63,984 nt of DNA from Burkholderiales bacterium (GCA_035525455.1 DATLEF010000209.1:1-63984), one strand, 5' to 3'; shown: positions 1 to 11,824, counted from the stretch's first letter. Program-made: numbers and translations. The notes: a model not told the origin generated them from the letters alone.

Positions 1-94
1 CCAGCCCATTGCGATGGAAGAGGGTCTGCGCTTTGCGATTCGCGAAGGCGGCCGCACCGTGGGTGCGGGGGTGGTGGCGAAGGTTATCGAGTAA
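1..94 (+). CDS. tuf: Elongation factor Tu, C-terminal fragment (gene runs off the 5' edge)
   Basis: Frame 2 reads [30 protein letters not shown] then TAA at 92-94, the conserved EF-Tu C-terminus. It lies directly upstream of rpsJ. Confidence 0.9.
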   Translation, partial: QPIAMEEGLRFAIREGGRTVGAGVVAKVIE

Positions 95-185
95 CAACAT
101 CCGCGAAGCGGCAGGCGATGAGCGGTCAGCCCTCAAGGCAAACCCTCGACTCACCGCCTACGGCTCACGGTCTACGGGAAACCAA

Positions 186-500
186 ATGGCAGTCAAGTCT
201 CAAAAAATACGCATCCGGCTCAAGGCGTTCGACTACCGGCTGATCGATCAGTCCGCGCTCGAGATTGTCGATACGGCCAAGCGCACGGGTGCCGTGGTCA
301 AAGGCCCGGTCCCGCTGCCGACGCGCAAGCAGCGCTTCGATCTGCTGCGTTCGCCGCACGTGAACAAGACGTCGCGCGATCAGCTCGAGATACGCACGCA
401 CCTGCGCCTGATGGACATTATCGATCCCACGGACAAGACGGTAGACGCGCTCATGAAGCTCGATCTGCCGGCCGGTGTGGACGTCGAGATCAAGTTGTAA
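186..500 (+). CDS. rpsJ: 30S ribosomal protein S10
   Basis: Internal ATG at 186 of track ORF 9..500 gives [23 protein letters not shown]... (104 aa), typical uS10. Confidence 0.97.
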   Translation: MAVKSQKIRIRLKAFDYRLIDQSALEIVDTAKRTGAVVKGPVPLPTRKQRFDLLRSPHVNKTSRDQLEIRTHLRLMDIIDPTDKTVDALMKLDLPAGVDVEIKL

Positions 501-522
501 GATTTTTCGTGGCAGTTTCAAG

Positions 523-591
523 CTGAATTGTCGGGCTTTGCCCGCGATTCAGTTCAAGCTAGATCGGCGCAAAGTAGGTTTTCACTTTGCG
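523..591 (+). other. Two stem-loops in the unusually long rpsJ-rplC spacer
   Basis: Hairpin 523-552 (ctgaat..gggc tttg gccc..attcag, with an internal loop). Hairpin 568-591 (cgcaaagt / actttgcg, 8 bp stem, 8-nt loop). Confidence 0.4.
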
Positions 592-666
592 ACGGGAAGT
601 TAAAGTCGCCGACCAATTGTAGTCGGCGCCAGGCAAGTAGCCTGTAAACCCGAAGAGGGATAGAAG

Positions 667-1359
667 ATGAGCTTAGGATTAGTAGGCCGCAAGGTCGGCA
701 TGACCCGCGTTTTCACCGACGACGGCGACTCCATACCGGTGACGGTCGTGGACGTGTCGAACAACCGCGTTACGCAAATCAAATCAGCCGAGACCGACGG
801 TTATCTCGCCGTGCAGGTTGCTTTCGGCAAGCGCCGCGCCAACCGCGTCAACAAAGCTGCCGCAGGTCATTTCGCCAAGGCGGGCGTGGAGGCCGGACGC
901 GTGTTGCACGAATTCCGCATCACACCCGATCAGGCTGCGAATCTGAAGGCGGGCGGCGTGGTCGGCGTCGACATTTTCCAGATCGGCCAGAAAGTCGACG
1001 TGCGCGGCGTATCTCTCGGCAAAGGCTACGCGGGCGTGATCAAGCGCCACCATTTCTCATCGAACCGCGCGAGCCACGGCAACTCGGTTTCGCACAACAA
1101 GCCTGGCTCGATCAGCATGGCTCAGGACCCGGGCCGCGTGTTTCCAGGCAAGAAGATGCCGGGACACCTCGGGGCGGTGAAGCGCACGGTTCAAAATCTC
1201 GAAATTGTGCGTATCGATGCCGAGCGCCAGCTGCTCCTGATTCGAGGCGCTGTGCCCGGCTCGCGTGGCGGAGATCTGATGGTTTCGCCTACTAAGCGCG
1301 CCACTCGCGCGACGGCCAAGCCGGCCGCGAAACCTGCGGCCAAGGCCGCTGGCAAATAA
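667..1359 (+). CDS. rplC: 50S ribosomal protein L3
   Basis: [28 protein letters not shown]... matches uL3. It carries an Ala/Lys/Pro-rich C-terminal tail. Confidence 0.97.
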   Translation: MSLGLVGRKVGMTRVFTDDGDSIPVTVVDVSNNRVTQIKSAETDGYLAVQVAFGKRRANRVNKAAAGHFAKAGVEAGRVLHEFRITPDQAANLKAGGVVGVDIFQIGQKVDVRGVSLGKGYAGVIKRHHFSSNRASHGNSVSHNKPGSISMAQDPGRVFPGKKMPGHLGAVKRTVQNLEIVRIDAERQLLLIRGAVPGSRGGDLMVSPTKRATRATAKPAAKPAAKAAGK

Positions 1360-1369
1360 GGCGGGCGAT

Positions 1370-1990
1370 ATGGAATTGAAACTGATCAACGAACAGGGCC
1401 AGTCGACCTCGTCGGTATCCGCATCGGATGCTGCGTTCGGGCGGGAATATAACGAATCGCTCGTGCACCAGGTCATGACCGCCTACATGGCAAACGGCCG
1501 CCAAGGCACGCGCGCTCAGAAAGATCGCGGCGAGGTCAAGCATTCGACCAAGAAGCCGTGGCGTCAGAAAGGCACGGGCCGCGCCCGCGCCGGTATGAGT
1601 TCGAGTCCGCTGTGGCGCGGCGGTGGGAGGACTTTCCCGAACAGGCCGGACGAGAACTTCAGCCACAAGTTGAACCGCAAGATGTTCCGTGCGGGCCTTT
1701 CTTCGATCCTGTCGCAGCTCGCGCGTGAAGAGCGCCTGGCGGTCGTCGACACTTTCACAGTGGATGCGCCGAAGACCAAGCTTCTCGCGCAGAAGCTCAA
1801 GGGCATGGGACTCGACAATGTGCTGATCATCACCGACGCCATCGATGAGAACCTGCAGCTTTCATCGCGCAACCTGCCGCATGTGAATATCCTCACGGTG
1901 GCGAACGCGGATCCCGTCAGCCTCATCCGCCACGACAAAGTGATCGTGACCCGCAGCGCCGTGGCCAAGATCGAGGAGATGTTTGCATGA
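1370..1990 (+). CDS. rplD: 50S ribosomal protein L4
   Basis: The [14 protein letters not shown] motif and its position in the S10 operon. Confidence 0.97.
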   Translation: MELKLINEQGQSTSSVSASDAAFGREYNESLVHQVMTAYMANGRQGTRAQKDRGEVKHSTKKPWRQKGTGRARAGMSSSPLWRGGGRTFPNRPDENFSHKLNRKMFRAGLSSILSQLAREERLAVVDTFTVDAPKTKLLAQKLKGMGLDNVLIITDAIDENLQLSSRNLPHVNILTVANADPVSLIRHDKVIVTRSAVAKIEEMFA

Positions 1991-2310
1991 GCCAGGCACC
2001 GATGACGAGAGAGCAAGAGCGCCTGATGCAGATACTGCTGGCGCCGGTCATCTCGGAGAAAAGTACCTTCGTCGCGGACAAAGCGAATCAATACGTCTTC
2101 CGCGTGGCGCCCGATGCCACCAAACCGCAGATTAAAGCGGCGGTCGAGCTTATGTTCAAGACGCAGGTTAAGTCGGTCAGCGTCGTCAACGTGCGCGGCA
2201 AGGAAAAGCGGTTCGGCCGTTTCATGGGCCGCCGCAACAACTGGAAAAAGGCGTACGTTGCGCTGCAGCCCGGTCAGGAAATCAATTTCGCCGAAGGGGA
2301 GAACAAGTAA
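1987..2310 (+). CDS. rplW: 50S ribosomal protein L23
   Basis: uL23-like sequence; 4-nt overlap with rplD; conserved gene order. Confidence 0.95.
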   Translation: MSQAPMTREQERLMQILLAPVISEKSTFVADKANQYVFRVAPDATKPQIKAAVELMFKTQVKSVSVVNVRGKEKRFGRFMGRRNNWKKAYVALQPGQEINFAEGENK

Positions 2311-3143
2311 TGCTCGTCAAAGTAAAACCGACTTCTCCCGGACGCCGTACGCTCGTCAAGGTTGTCACGCCGGAGCTGCACAAAGGCAAACCGGTGCCGA
2401 GCCTCGTTGAGAGCGAGTCGAAGAAATCCGGACGCAATGCGCATGGCCGTATCACCATGCGTCACAAAGGCGGCGGGCACAAACAGCACTATCGGCTGGT
2501 CGACTTCAAGCGCAACAAGGACGGCATCGCGGCGAAAGTGGAGCGCATTGAGTACGACCCGAATAGAAGCGCTCATCTCGCGCTGCTCCTGTATGCGGAC
2601 GGCGAGCGCCGTTATGTCGTTGCCCAGAAAGGCGTGAGTGCGGGCATGCAGCTCATGTCCGGTTCGGAAGCTCCGATCAAGACTGGCAACACCCTGCCGC
2701 TACGCAACATCCCGGTCGGCACCACGATTTGCTGCATCGAGATGATGCCGGGCAAAGGCGCGCAGATCGCGCGCGCGGCCGGCACGTCGGTGCAGCTCCT
2801 CGCCCGCGAAGGTGAATACGCGCAGCTGCGGCTGCGCTCGGGAGAAATTCGGCGCGTGCACATCAACTGCCGCGCAACGATCGGTGAAGTCGGCAACGAA
2901 GAGCATTCACTGGAGTCGATCGGCAAGGCCGGCCGTGTGCGCTGGCGCGGCGTGCGGCCCACCGTACGCGGTGTCGCGATGAACCCCATCGACCATCCGC
3001 ATGGCGGCGGCGAAGGCAGGACCTCTGCGGGGCAACATCCGGTGAGCCCGTGGGGCGTACTGACCAAGGGTTACAAGACGCGCAAGAACAAGCGCACCAA
3101 CAGCATGATAGTGCGACGTCGCAACGCGAAGACCACGGGATAA
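2310..3143 (+). CDS. rplB: 50S ribosomal protein L2
   Basis: [22 protein letters not shown] and [14 protein letters not shown] motifs. Confidence 0.98.
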   Translation: MLVKVKPTSPGRRTLVKVVTPELHKGKPVPSLVESESKKSGRNAHGRITMRHKGGGHKQHYRLVDFKRNKDGIAAKVERIEYDPNRSAHLALLLYADGERRYVVAQKGVSAGMQLMSGSEAPIKTGNTLPLRNIPVGTTICCIEMMPGKGAQIARAAGTSVQLLAREGEYAQLRLRSGEIRRVHINCRATIGEVGNEEHSLESIGKAGRVRWRGVRPTVRGVAMNPIDHPHGGGEGRTSAGQHPVSPWGVLTKGYKTRKNKRTNSMIVRRRNAKTTG

Positions 3144-3149
3144 AGAGCT

Positions 3150-3464
3150 ATGGCACGTTCAATCAAGAAGGGCCCGTTCGTAGATCATCACCTGCTCGAC
3201 AAGGTGGAGGCGGCGCGCGCCGCATCGGACAAGCGTCCGATCAAAACCTGGTCGCGCCGTTCCACCATACTCCCCGATTTTGTCGGGCTCACCATCGCGG
3301 TCCACAACGGCAAGCAACATGTCCCGGTATATATCACCGAGAACATGGTGGGTCACAAGCTCGGAGAATTCGCGCACACGCGTGTGTTCAAAGGCCATTC
3401 GAAGGCAGGCTCTGCAGGCGCGGCCGACAAGAAAGCCAGCCCCACGCCGCCGCCGGCCAGATAA
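3150..3464 (+). CDS. rpsS: 30S ribosomal protein S19
   Basis: [19 protein letters not shown]...[21 protein letters not shown]. It has about 12 extra C-terminal residues. Confidence 0.96.
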   Translation: MARSIKKGPFVDHHLLDKVEAARAASDKRPIKTWSRRSTILPDFVGLTIAVHNGKQHVPVYITENMVGHKLGEFAHTRVFKGHSKAGSAGAADKKASPTPPPAR

Positions 3465-3477
3465 CGGATATACGAAT

Positions 3478-3816
3478 ATGGATACCACTGCAAAATTGCG
3501 CGGCGTGCGATTGTCTTCCCAGAAGGGAAGGCTCGTGGCCGATCTCATTCGCGGCAAGTCGGTCGAGAACGCTTTGAACATTCTGCAGTTCAGCCCGAAA
3601 AAGGGCGCTGTAATCATCCGCAAGGTGCTCGAATCCGCTATCGCGAACGCGGAGCACAATGCCGGCGCAGACATCGACGAGCTTAAAGTGACGCACATTT
3701 GCGTCGAAAAAGGGCCGGTTCTGAAACGCTTTTCGGCACGGGCCAAGGGGCGCGGAGTACAGATACTCAAGCCAACGAGCCACATTTTTCTAACGGTCGG
3801 CGACGGCAGGAATTAG
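3478..3816 (+). CDS. rplV: 50S ribosomal protein L22
   Basis: ATG at 3478 (residue 67 of track ORF 3280..3816) gives [27 protein letters not shown]..., which is uL22. Confidence 0.96.
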   Translation: MDTTAKLRGVRLSSQKGRLVADLIRGKSVENALNILQFSPKKGAVIIRKVLESAIANAEHNAGADIDELKVTHICVEKGPVLKRFSARAKGRGVQILKPTSHIFLTVGDGRN

Positions 3817-3824
3817 GAATCCAT

Positions 3825-4580
3825 ATGGGTCAGAAGATACATCCGACGGGTTTTCGTCTCGCGCTGAACAAGAACTGGGCTTCGCGCTGGTATGCGAACA
3901 ACAAGTATTTCTCGGGGATGCTTCTCGAGGACATCAAGGTCCGGGATTACCTCAAAGATAAACTCGGCCATGCCGCAGTCTCGCGCGTGATCATCGAGCG
4001 CCCGGCGAAAAACGCGCGCATCACGATTTTCAGCGCGCGTCCCGGTGTCGTGATTGGCAAGAAAGGCGAGGACATCGAGTCATTGAAAGGTCAGCTGCAG
4101 CGCATGCTCGGCGTTCCCGTGCATGTCAACATCGAAGAAGTTCGTAAGCCCGAGCTCGACGCGCAACTGATTTCCGATTCGATCGCTCAGCAGCTGCAGA
4201 AGCGCATCATGTTCCGGCGTGCGATGAAGCGCGCGATTACAAATGCGATGCGTCTCGGCGCGCAGGGCATCAAGATCATGAGCGCCGGCCGCCTGAACGG
4301 TATCGAAATCGCCCGCACCGAGTGGTACCGGGAGGGCCGCGTACCGCTGCACACCATGCGCGCGGACATCGATTACGGTTTTTCAGAGGCGAAAACCACT
4401 TACGGTGTGATCGGCATCAAGGTCTGGGTATTCAAAGGCGAAATCATGGCCAAGAACGAACAGCCATTGCTCGGCGCGATCCAGGCCCCGCCACCCGAGC
4501 CCGAGCAGCCGCCGGCGCGTAAAGCGCGCAAGACGCCAGCCAGAACAGGAGCGAGACGTGCTACAGCCAGCCAGACGTAA
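3825..4580 (+). CDS. rpsC: 30S ribosomal protein S3
   Basis: ATG at 3825 gives [23 protein letters not shown]... It has a Pro/Arg-rich C-terminal tail that overlaps rplP by 23 nt. Confidence 0.96.
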   Translation: MGQKIHPTGFRLALNKNWASRWYANNKYFSGMLLEDIKVRDYLKDKLGHAAVSRVIIERPAKNARITIFSARPGVVIGKKGEDIESLKGQLQRMLGVPVHVNIEEVRKPELDAQLISDSIAQQLQKRIMFRRAMKRAITNAMRLGAQGIKIMSAGRLNGIEIARTEWYREGRVPLHTMRADIDYGFSEAKTTYGVIGIKVWVFKGEIMAKNEQPLLGAIQAPPPEPEQPPARKARKTPARTGARRATASQT

Positions 4581-4974
4581 ATACCGCAAGGAGCAGAAAG
4601 GCCGCAACACCGGCAAGGCGACGCGCGGCAACAAGGTGAGCTTCGGCGAATACGGCCTGAAGGCAACCGGCCGCGGGCGTCTTACAGCGCGCCAGATCGA
4701 GGCTGCTCGTCGTGCGATGACCCGGCACATCAAACGTGGTGGTCGCATCTGGATCCGTATTTTCCCGGACAAGCCGATCTCGCAGAAACCGGCCGAAGTC
4801 CGCATGGGTAAAGGCAAGGGCAATCCGGAATACTGGGTTGCAGAAATTCAGCCCGGCAAAGTCCTTTACGAAATGGACGGCGTCGATGAAGTCACGGCCA
4901 AGGAAGCGTTCCGGCTTGCTTCGGCGAAACTGCCGATCGCAACGACGTTCGTGCAGCGGATGGTGGGGGTCTAA
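4558..4974 (+). CDS. rplP: 50S ribosomal protein L16
   Basis: GTG start; [17 protein letters not shown]...[16 protein letters not shown], which is uL16. Confidence 0.96.
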   Translation: MLQPARRKYRKEQKGRNTGKATRGNKVSFGEYGLKATGRGRLTARQIEAARRAMTRHIKRGGRIWIRIFPDKPISQKPAEVRMGKGKGNPEYWVAEIQPGKVLYEMDGVDEVTAKEAFRLASAKLPIATTFVQRMVGV

Positions 4975-4977
4975 GCA

Positions 4978-5169
4978 ATGAATGCGAGCGAATTGAGAGC
5001 AAAGTCAGCTGAAGAGCTGCAAACCGAGCTGCACTCGCTGCTCCGCGCGCAATTTGCGCTGCGGATGCAAAAAGCGACGCAGCAGCTCACCAATACCAGT
5101 CAGATCAGGAAAGTGCGCCGCGATATCGCGCGCGTGCGCACATTCCTGAACGAGAAGACGAAGGCTTAA
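4978..5169 (+). CDS. rpmC: 50S ribosomal protein L29
   Basis: 63 aa; [18 protein letters not shown]... matches uL29; conserved gene order. Confidence 0.95.
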   Translation: MNASELRAKSAEELQTELHSLLRAQFALRMQKATQQLTNTSQIRKVRRDIARVRTFLNEKTKA

Positions 5170-5171
5170 GC

Positions 5172-5450
5172 ATGAGCGAAGCAACCGAAAAGCAGGTAGC
5201 TAACAAGCGCACCCTCACCGGGCGTGTCGTGAGCGACAAGATGACGAAGACCGTGACCGTGCTCGTTGAACGGCGTGTAAAACACCCGCTTTACGGCAAG
5301 TTCATGACGCGCACGAGGAAATACCACGCCCACGACGAAGCCGGCGAGTTCCACGAAGGCGATCTCGTAGAAATCGAAGAGTGCCGGCCGCTTTCGAAGA
5401 CCAAAGCGTGGCGCGTGACCAAGCTTCTCGAAAAAGCGCGCAACGTATAA
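5172..5450 (+). CDS. rpsQ: 30S ribosomal protein S17
   Basis: [30 protein letters not shown] motif, typical uS17. Confidence 0.96.
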   Translation: MSEATEKQVANKRTLTGRVVSDKMTKTVTVLVERRVKHPLYGKFMTRTRKYHAHDEAGEFHEGDLVEIEECRPLSKTKAWRVTKLLEKARNV

Positions 5451-5573
5451 AGAACTGTGACGCGCCTTCAGGTACACAAGCAGCGTCAGGCGCCATGGAA
5501 AGATCAAGCTCGATGGGCGTTTGGCGGCTCCTGCGCAAGGGCCAGTTTAACGCCTGTCGCGGCGCCGCAAAAT

Positions 5574-5602
5574 TTGCTGAAACAGCGGGATACGCATATA
5601 AT
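5574..5602 (+). promoter_or_regulatory. Candidate sigma70 promoter of the spc operon
   Basis: TTGCTG (5574-5579), a 17-nt spacer, then a perfect TATAAT (5597-5602). It sits in the 288-nt rpsQ-rplN gap, where the S10 operon ends and the spc operon begins in E. coli. Confidence 0.4.
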
Positions 5603-5738
5603 TTACGGCTTTTCGCGCCGCCCTGATTCTGGACGCGCGGCGCTCTGACCCGGACGGGCTCCAATACTGGCTTCGGCTGCTGTCGGTAACTTGCAGTCGG
5701 CACTAAGTTGGGGAAGCAGTAATCAGCGAGGCAACACA

Positions 5739-6107
5739 ATGATACAAATGCAGTCCATTCTGGACGTGGCCGACAATACCGGTGCGCGCGCGGTGATGTG
5801 CATCAAGGTCCTGGGCGGCTCCAAGCGGCGGTATGCCGGTGTCGGCGATGTCATCAAAGTCAGCATCAAGGACGCGGCGCCGCGCGGCCGCGTGAAAAAA
5901 GGCGAAATCTACGACGCCGTCGTCGTGCGTACCGCCAAGGGCGTGCGCCGCAGTGATGGGTCGCTCATCAAATTCGATTCGAATGCCGCCGTGCTGCTGA
6001 CGGCGAAGCTCGAGCCGATCGGCACCCGGATCTTCGGACCAGTCACGCGCGAGTTGCGCACCGAGCGCTTCATGAAGATCGTGTCGCTCGCGCCGGAAGT
6101 GTTGTAA
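5739..6107 (+). CDS. rplN: 50S ribosomal protein L14
   Basis: ATG at 5739 gives [27 protein letters not shown]... (122 aa), which is uL14. Confidence 0.97.
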   Translation: MIQMQSILDVADNTGARAVMCIKVLGGSKRRYAGVGDVIKVSIKDAAPRGRVKKGEIYDAVVVRTAKGVRRSDGSLIKFDSNAAVLLTAKLEPIGTRIFGPVTRELRTERFMKIVSLAPEVL

Positions 6108-6165
6108 GCGAGAACAGTTACAGAAGGGAGCTCCGCCGGATGGGGGCTCGTCGAGGAAGATAGGC

Positions 6166-6483
6166 ATGAAAAAGATCAGAAAGGGCGACGACGTTGTCGT
6201 CACGACCGGCCGGGACCGCGGCAAACGAGGCACGGTCCTGCGCATTGTGGATGCCGAGCACGTCGTGGTGGAAGGCGCGAACCGCGTGAAGAAGCACCAG
6301 CGGCCGAATCCTATGAAAGGCATGACTGGCGGCATCATCGATAAGGAAATGCCGCTACACATTTCGAACGTAGCGCTCTTCAATCCGGGGACGAAGAAAG
6401 CCGATCGCATCGGCGTGCGCGTCCTCGAGGATGGACGCCGCGTTCGTTATTTCAAATCCAACGGCGAAGTGGTTGACGTATGA
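6166..6483 (+). CDS. rplX: 50S ribosomal protein L24
   Basis: [25 protein letters not shown]..., the KOW motif of uL24. Confidence 0.96.
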   Translation: MKKIRKGDDVVVTTGRDRGKRGTVLRIVDAEHVVVEGANRVKKHQRPNPMKGMTGGIIDKEMPLHISNVALFNPGTKKADRIGVRVLEDGRRVRYFKSNGEVVDV

Positions 6484-7196
6484 GCGAGAAAGACCCCAAA
6501 AAAGGCAAGCCGGCGAAGGACAGCAAAGGCGGCAAGGACGCGCAGCCGCCCAAGCAGCCGAAGCAGGCCAAACAGCCGAAGCAGCCGAAGCAGGATTCGG
6601 GTGACGCGAAGCAGCAGGTGGAAGTGCGCGAGGAGAAGCCGGCGGGTCCGATAGCGCCAGCGCGCCTGCAGACGTTCTATCGCGACACGGTGATGAAAGA
6701 CCTGACCCAGCAATTCGGCTACAAGACCGTGATGCAGGTGCCGCGCATCCAGAAGATCGTGCTCAATATGGGCGTGGGCGAAGCGGTCGCGGACAAGAAG
6801 ATCATGGACAATGCGCTCGCCGACATGCAGAAGATCGCGGGGCAGAGGCCGATCGTCACGAAGGCCCGCAGGTCGGTGGCGAACTTCAAGATTCGCGAAG
6901 GCTATCCGGTGGGATGCAAAGTGACGCTGCGCGGTGCGCGTATGTACGAGTTCCTCGATCGCCTGGTGAGTGTCGCGATGCCGCGCATCCGCGATTTTCG
7001 CGGCATTTCCTCGCGTTCATTCGACGGTCGCGGCAACTACAACATGGGTGTGAAAGAACAGATCATTTTCCCCGAAGTTGAATACGACAAGATCGACGCG
7101 ATCCGCGGCATGAACATCACCATTTCGACCACCGCGAAGACAGACGCCGAAGCGAAGGCGCTGCTTGCCGCATTCAAATTTCCGTTCAGAGGCTAG
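6480..7196 (+). CDS. rplE: 50S ribosomal protein L5 with a long Lys/Pro/Gln-rich N-terminal extension
   Basis: The uL5 core starts at [15 protein letters not shown]...[22 protein letters not shown] 6480 overlaps the rplX stop (ATGA). Alternative in-frame GTG starts at 6618 and 6624 cannot be excluded. Confidence 0.9.
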   Translation: MSEKDPKKGKPAKDSKGGKDAQPPKQPKQAKQPKQPKQDSGDAKQQVEVREEKPAGPIAPARLQTFYRDTVMKDLTQQFGYKTVMQVPRIQKIVLNMGVGEAVADKKIMDNALADMQKIAGQRPIVTKARRSVANFKIREGYPVGCKVTLRGARMYEFLDRLVSVAMPRIRDFRGISSRSFDGRGNYNMGVKEQIIFPEVEYDKIDAIRGMNITISTTAKTDAEAKALLAAFKFPFRG

Positions 7197-7209
7197 AGGG
7201 TTCTTATCC

Positions 7210-7515
7210 ATGGCAAAGCTCGCATTGATCAATCGGAACGAAAAGCGCCGCAAAGAAGTAAAGAAGTACGCCGCCAGGCGCGCTGAACTTTTTGCGATTG
7301 CGAATAATCCGAAGCTCGCGCAGGAAGATCGTTACGAAGCGCGGCTGAAGCTTCAGAAGTTGCCGCGGGACGCATCACCGGTGCGGGTACGTAATCGTTG
7401 CGCGCTCACGGGCCGCCCGCGCGGCACGTACCGCAAGTTCGGTCTCGGCCGCAACAAGCTGCGCGAAATTGCAATGCGCGGCGAGATCCCGGGCGTCATC
7501 AAGGCAAGCTGGTAG
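7210..7515 (+). CDS. rpsN: 30S ribosomal protein S14
   Basis: ATG at 7210 gives [20 protein letters not shown]...IPGVIKASW (101 aa). Confidence 0.96.
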   Translation: MAKLALINRNEKRRKEVKKYAARRAELFAIANNPKLAQEDRYEARLKLQKLPRDASPVRVRNRCALTGRPRGTYRKFGLGRNKLREIAMRGEIPGVIKASW

Positions 7516-7534
7516 GGGTGCTGGAGAAAAATAC

Positions 7535-7930
7535 ATGAGTATGAGTGATCCGATCTCCGACATGCTCACGCGCATACGCAACGCGCAGCAGTCGGAAAAA
7601 CAGTCGGTGGCGATGCCGGCGTCCAAATTGAAAGCGTCGATCGCCAAGGTGCTGAAAGACGAGGGCTACATCGACGACTATGCCGTGCGCGACACGACCG
7701 GCAAGCCGCAGCTTGAAATCAGCCTCAAGTACTATGCCGGTCGTCCTGTCATCGAAAAAATCGAGCGCGTCAGCCGACCCGGACTTCGCATTTACAAGCC
7801 GAGCCGAGATATTCCGAACGTCATGAACGGTCTGGGCATCGCGATCGTGTCCACGTCGAAAGGCGTGATGACCGATCGTAAGGCGCGCGGCCTCGGAGTC
7901 GGCGGCGAAGTGCTGTGCATCGTCGCGTAG
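7535..7930 (+). CDS. rpsH: 30S ribosomal protein S8
   Basis: ATG at 7535 gives [18 protein letters not shown]..., matching the E. coli S8 N-terminus. Confidence 0.96.
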   Translation: MSMSDPISDMLTRIRNAQQSEKQSVAMPASKLKASIAKVLKDEGYIDDYAVRDTTGKPQLEISLKYYAGRPVIEKIERVSRPGLRIYKPSRDIPNVMNGLGIAIVSTSKGVMTDRKARGLGVGGEVLCIVA

Positions 7931-7945
7931 AGGGAATGTCGAGCA

Positions 7946-8479
7946 ATGTCCAGGATAGCGAATTACCCGGTCATCGTGCCGGACAAAGTTGAAGTGACGG
8001 TCCAGCCCGATCAGATCTCGGTGAAGGGACCGCTTGGAACGCTGACGCAGAAAGTGTCCCAGCGCGTGAAGATCGAGCGCGTCGAAAACCGGCTCGAGTT
8101 CAAGATGAATGAGAACTCACGCCAGGCGAACGCATTGTCCGGCACAGTGCGCGCGCTGGTGGCGAACATGGTTACCGGGGTGACCAAGGGCTTCGAGAGG
8201 AGACTGACGCTGGTTGGAGTGGGTTACAGAGCGCAGGCGCAGGGCGACAAGATCAATCTGACGCTGGGCTTCTCGCACCCGGTCGTGCACCAGCTGCCGC
8301 AAGGTGTGAAGGCGGAAACGCCGACTCAGACCGAGATCGTGCTCAAGGGCACGGACAAACAGGTGGTCGGCCAGGTCGCCGCGGAAGTGCGGCGCTACCG
8401 CTCGCCGGAGCCGTATAAGGGCAAAGGCGTGCGCTACACCGGCGAGCAGATCGTGCTCAAAGAAACCAAGAAGAAGTAG
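7946..8479 (+). CDS. rplF: 50S ribosomal protein L6
   Basis: 177 aa; [17 protein letters not shown]...; conserved gene order. Confidence 0.96.
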   Translation: MSRIANYPVIVPDKVEVTVQPDQISVKGPLGTLTQKVSQRVKIERVENRLEFKMNENSRQANALSGTVRALVANMVTGVTKGFERRLTLVGVGYRAQAQGDKINLTLGFSHPVVHQLPQGVKAETPTQTEIVLKGTDKQVVGQVAAEVRRYRSPEPYKGKGVRYTGEQIVLKETKKK

Positions 8480-8489
8480 GTGGTGAGAA

Positions 8490-8846
8490 ATGAGTGACAA
8501 GATCGAAGCGCGCGTGAGGCGCGCGCGGGCGACGCGAGCGAAGATACGACAATTGAAAGCGGTGCGTCTCACCGTGCATCGCTCGAACGCGCATATCTAT
8601 GCGCAAGTCATCGACGCCAGCGGATCGAAGGTGCTGGCGAGCGCGTCGACGGCAGAAGCCGAGATCAAAGCGGCCGTCAAAAACGGCGGCAACGTGAAAG
8701 CTGCGGCGGAGATCGGCAAGCGCATCGCCGAAAAAGCGAAGCAGCTCGGCATATCGAATGTGGCATTCGACCGGTCGGGCTATAAGTTCCACGGTCGCGT
8801 GAAAGCGCTTGCTGAGGCGGCGCGCGAAGCGGGATTGAAGTTCTGA
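8490..8846 (+). CDS. rplR: 50S ribosomal protein L18
   Basis: 118 aa; ...[27 protein letters not shown], which is uL18. Confidence 0.96.
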   Translation: MSDKIEARVRRARATRAKIRQLKAVRLTVHRSNAHIYAQVIDASGSKVLASASTAEAEIKAAVKNGGNVKAAAEIGKRIAEKAKQLGISNVAFDRSGYKFHGRVKALAEAAREAGLKF

Positions 8847-8918
8847 CTACGTCGTATTGTCCAGCGCGGGTGGCGAGCCGCCCGCGTCTAACTTAACTCG
8901 AGCGGTAAGCGGCGGATT

Positions 8919-9443
8919 ATGGCGAAAATACAGGCAGGCAAGATGCAGTCCGGCGACGAGCGTTCCGACGGTCTGCGCGAGAAGATGGTCGCGGTCAATC
9001 GCGTCACCAAGGTCGTCAAAGGCGGGCGCGTGCTCGGTTTTGCGGCGTTGACTGTAGTCGGCGACGGCGACGGCGGCATTGGCATGGGGAAAGGCAAAGC
9101 GCGTGAAGTACCGGTCGCGGTGCAGAAAGCCATGGAAGAGGCGCGCCGGAAAATGGTGAAGGTGCCTTTGCGAAACGGCACACTGCAGCACGCAGTGGTC
9201 GGGCGTCATGGTGCGGCGAGGGTCTACATGCAGCCCGCATCCGAAGGTACCGGCATTATCGCCGGCGGTCCCGTTCGCGCAGTACTCGAGGTGATGGGCG
9301 TCACGAATATTCTTTCGAAGTGCCTCGGCTCGACCAATCCCTATAACGTGGTGCGTGCCACGATCAACGGTCTTACGGCGATGAATACGCCGGCAACGAT
9401 TGCTGCCAAGCGCGGCAAATCGGTCGAAGAGATCATGGGGTAG
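8919..9443 (+). CDS. rpsE: 30S ribosomal protein S5
   Basis: [42 protein letters not shown] motif. Confidence 0.96.
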   Translation: MAKIQAGKMQSGDERSDGLREKMVAVNRVTKVVKGGRVLGFAALTVVGDGDGGIGMGKGKAREVPVAVQKAMEEARRKMVKVPLRNGTLQHAVVGRHGAARVYMQPASEGTGIIAGGPVRAVLEVMGVTNILSKCLGSTNPYNVVRATINGLTAMNTPATIAAKRGKSVEEIMG

Positions 9444-9446
9444 ACG

Positions 9447-9641
9447 ATGGCTGAAGCAAAAAAAATCAAGGTAACGCTCGTGAAGAGTGTGATTGGTACC
9501 AAGCCCGAGCATCGCGCATGCGTGCGCGGCCTGGGCCTGAGACGCCTGAATCACACAGTCGAAGTGATCGACACGCCCGCAAACCGCGGCATGATCAACA
9601 AGGTTTCCTATCTCCTGAAGTACACAGCTACGGGTAACTAG
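9447..9641 (+). CDS. rpmD: 50S ribosomal protein L30
   Basis: 64 aa; [28 protein letters not shown], which is uL30. Confidence 0.94.
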   Translation: MAEAKKIKVTLVKSVIGTKPEHRACVRGLGLRRLNHTVEVIDTPANRGMINKVSYLLKYTATGN

Positions 9642-9642
9642 A

Positions 9643-10140
9643 ATGCAGCTCAACACGATGAAGCCCGCAGCGGGCGCCAAGCATGCCAAGAAGCGCGTCG
9701 GCCGCGGCATCGGCTGCGGGCTGGGCAAAACCGCGGGACGCGGCCACAAAGGCCAGAAAGCACGTGCGGGCGGCTTCCATAAAGTCGGTTTCGAAGGCGG
9801 TCAGATGCCGCTTCAGCGCCGGCTGCCCAAGCGGGGTTTCGTTTCGCTCCTGACGAAAGACACCGCCGAGGTGAGGTTGGGCGATCTGCAGAAAATCAAA
9901 GCGGAAGTAGTCGATCTCGCCGCACTCAAGGCCGCCGGTGTCGTGCCGCACCTCGCATTGCGTGCGAAAGTGATACTTGCCGGCAAGATCGAGCGCAAAG
10001 TCGCTCTGCAAGGTATTGCCGTGAGTAAAGGCGCGCGCGCAGCCATCGAAGCTGCGGGCGGCAGCGTCGAGCCGCCGGCTGAGGCGAAAGCCGCAGGCAA
10101 GCTCCAGAAGAAGACAGCCGTCGCGGACAAGGCTGAGTAA
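9643..10140 (+). CDS. rplO: 50S ribosomal protein L15
   Basis: [24 protein letters not shown] motif. It has an Ala/Lys-rich C-terminal tail. Confidence 0.95.
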   Translation: MQLNTMKPAAGAKHAKKRVGRGIGCGLGKTAGRGHKGQKARAGGFHKVGFEGGQMPLQRRLPKRGFVSLLTKDTAEVRLGDLQKIKAEVVDLAALKAAGVVPHLALRAKVILAGKIERKVALQGIAVSKGARAAIEAAGGSVEPPAEAKAAGKLQKKTAVADKAE

Positions 10141-10142
10141 GT

Positions 10143-11465
10143 TTGGCTACGAACGCATCACTGCTCGCATCCGGAAAGCTGGGCGACCTCAAGCGCCGGC
10201 TGCTGTTTCTTCTGGGAGCGCTGATCGTCTTTCGCATCGGATCGTTCATCCCGGTGCCGGGCATCGATCAGCTGCAGCTCGCCGAGCTCTTCAAGTCGCA
10301 GCGCGGCGGCATTCTGGACATGTTCAACATGTTTTCGGGCGGCGCGCTGTCGCGCTTCTCGATTTTCGCGCTCGGCATCATGCCTTACATATCGGCTTCG
10401 ATCATCATGCAGTTGATGACAGTGGTTTCGCCGACGCTGGAAGCGCTGAAGAAGGAAGGCGAGGCGGGACGCCGCAAGATCACGCAGTACACGCGCTATG
10501 CGACGCTCGCGCTCGCGCTGTTTCAATCGATGGGCATCGCGATAGCGCTCGAATCGCAGCGAGGACTCGTGCTGGACCCGGGTCTGATGTTTCGTCTGAC
10601 GGCGATGATTACGCTTACGACCGGTACGATCTTCCTCATGTGGCTGGGCGAGCAGATTACGGAGCGCGGCGTCGGTAACGGCATCTCGTTGATCATTTTC
10701 GCGGGAATTGCAGCCGGGTTTCCGCAGGCGATCGGCGGCACTTTGGAGCTTGCACGCACCGGGGCCTTCTCGATACCCGTCGTGCTGTTCATCTTCGCGA
10801 CAGTCGTGCTGGTGACGGCGTTCGTGTGCTTTGTCGAACGCGGGCAGCGCAAGATACTCGTGAATTACGCGAAGCGTCAGGTCGGTCGGAAGGTCTACGG
10901 CGGCCAGACGTCGCATTTGCCGCTCAAGCTCAACATGGCCGGCGTCATACCGCCGATCTTTGCGTCATCGATCATCCTCTTTCCCGCGACGCTTGTCGGC
11001 TGGTTCGGTTCGTCGGAAGGTTGGACATGGCTCAAGAATATTGCCGCCACGCTGCATCCGGGGCAGCCGATTTACGCGATGCTTTACGCCTCCGCGATCA
11101 TATTCTTCTGCTTCTTCTATACCGCTCTGGTCTTCAATCCGAAGGAGACCGCGGACAACCTGAAGAAAAGCGGCGCCTTCGTGCCCGGCATCAGACCCGG
11201 TGACCAAACCGCGCGCTACATCGAAAAAATCATGATGCGGCTCACTCTCACCGGGTCGATCTACGTGACGCTGGTATGTCTGCTGCCGGAAGCGCTCATC
11301 GTATGGAAGAACGTGCCTTTTTACTTCGGCGGCACCAGCTTGCTGATCATCGTGGTCGTGACCATGGATTTCATGGCGCAGGTTCAGGCATACCTGATGT
11401 CGCACCAGTACGAAAGCCTGCTCAAGAAGGCGAATTTCAAGGGCGGCGTATTTCCGACACGCTAA
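10143..11465 (+). CDS. secY: Preprotein translocase subunit SecY
   Basis: TTG start; 440 aa; multi-TM; [15 protein letters not shown] and [18 protein letters not shown] motifs. Confidence 0.97.
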   Translation: MATNASLLASGKLGDLKRRLLFLLGALIVFRIGSFIPVPGIDQLQLAELFKSQRGGILDMFNMFSGGALSRFSIFALGIMPYISASIIMQLMTVVSPTLEALKKEGEAGRRKITQYTRYATLALALFQSMGIAIALESQRGLVLDPGLMFRLTAMITLTTGTIFLMWLGEQITERGVGNGISLIIFAGIAAGFPQAIGGTLELARTGAFSIPVVLFIFATVVLVTAFVCFVERGQRKILVNYAKRQVGRKVYGGQTSHLPLKLNMAGVIPPIFASSIILFPATLVGWFGSSEGWTWLKNIAATLHPGQPIYAMLYASAIIFFCFFYTALVFNPKETADNLKKSGAFVPGIRPGDQTARYIEKIMMRLTLTGSIYVTLVCLLPEALIVWKNVPFYFGGTSLLIIVVVTMDFMAQVQAYLMSHQYESLLKKANFKGGVFPTR

Positions 11466-11683
11466 TGTCCAAAGAAGAAACGATCCAGATGCAGGGCGAG
11501 ATCGTGGAAACCTTGCCCAACGCGACATTCAGAGTGAAGCTCGAGAACGGACACATCGTTTTAGGACACATTTCCGGCAAGATGCGCATGCACTACATCC
11601 GCATTCTTCCCGGCGACAAAGTGACGGTGGAGCTGACGCCGTACGATTTAACGCGCGGGCGCATCGTGTTTCGCGCTAAGTAA
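11465..11683 (+). CDS. infA: Translation initiation factor IF-1
   Basis: The ATG overlaps the secY TAA (TAATG). [30 protein letters not shown]... (72 aa). Confidence 0.96.
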   Translation: MSKEETIQMQGEIVETLPNATFRVKLENGHIVLGHISGKMRMHYIRILPGDKVTVELTPYDLTRGRIVFRAK

Positions 11684-11707
11684 CGCAGGATCGAACAGGA
11701 GTGGGAC

Positions 11708-11824
11708 ATGAAAGTGCTCGCATCGGTGATGCGGATATGCCGCAACTGCAAGATCATCAAGCGCAAGGGTGTCGTGCGCGTTATCTGCAGCAAGGACCCG
11801 CGCCACAAGCAGCGGCAAGGGTGA
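11708..11824 (+). CDS. rpmJ: 50S ribosomal protein L36 (not in the ORF track, 38 aa)
   Basis: Manual translation gives [38 protein letters not shown] then TGA. It lies between infA and rpsM, as in other betaproteobacteria. Confidence 0.93.
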   Translation: MKVLASVMRICRNCKIIKRKGVVRVICSKDPRHKQRQG

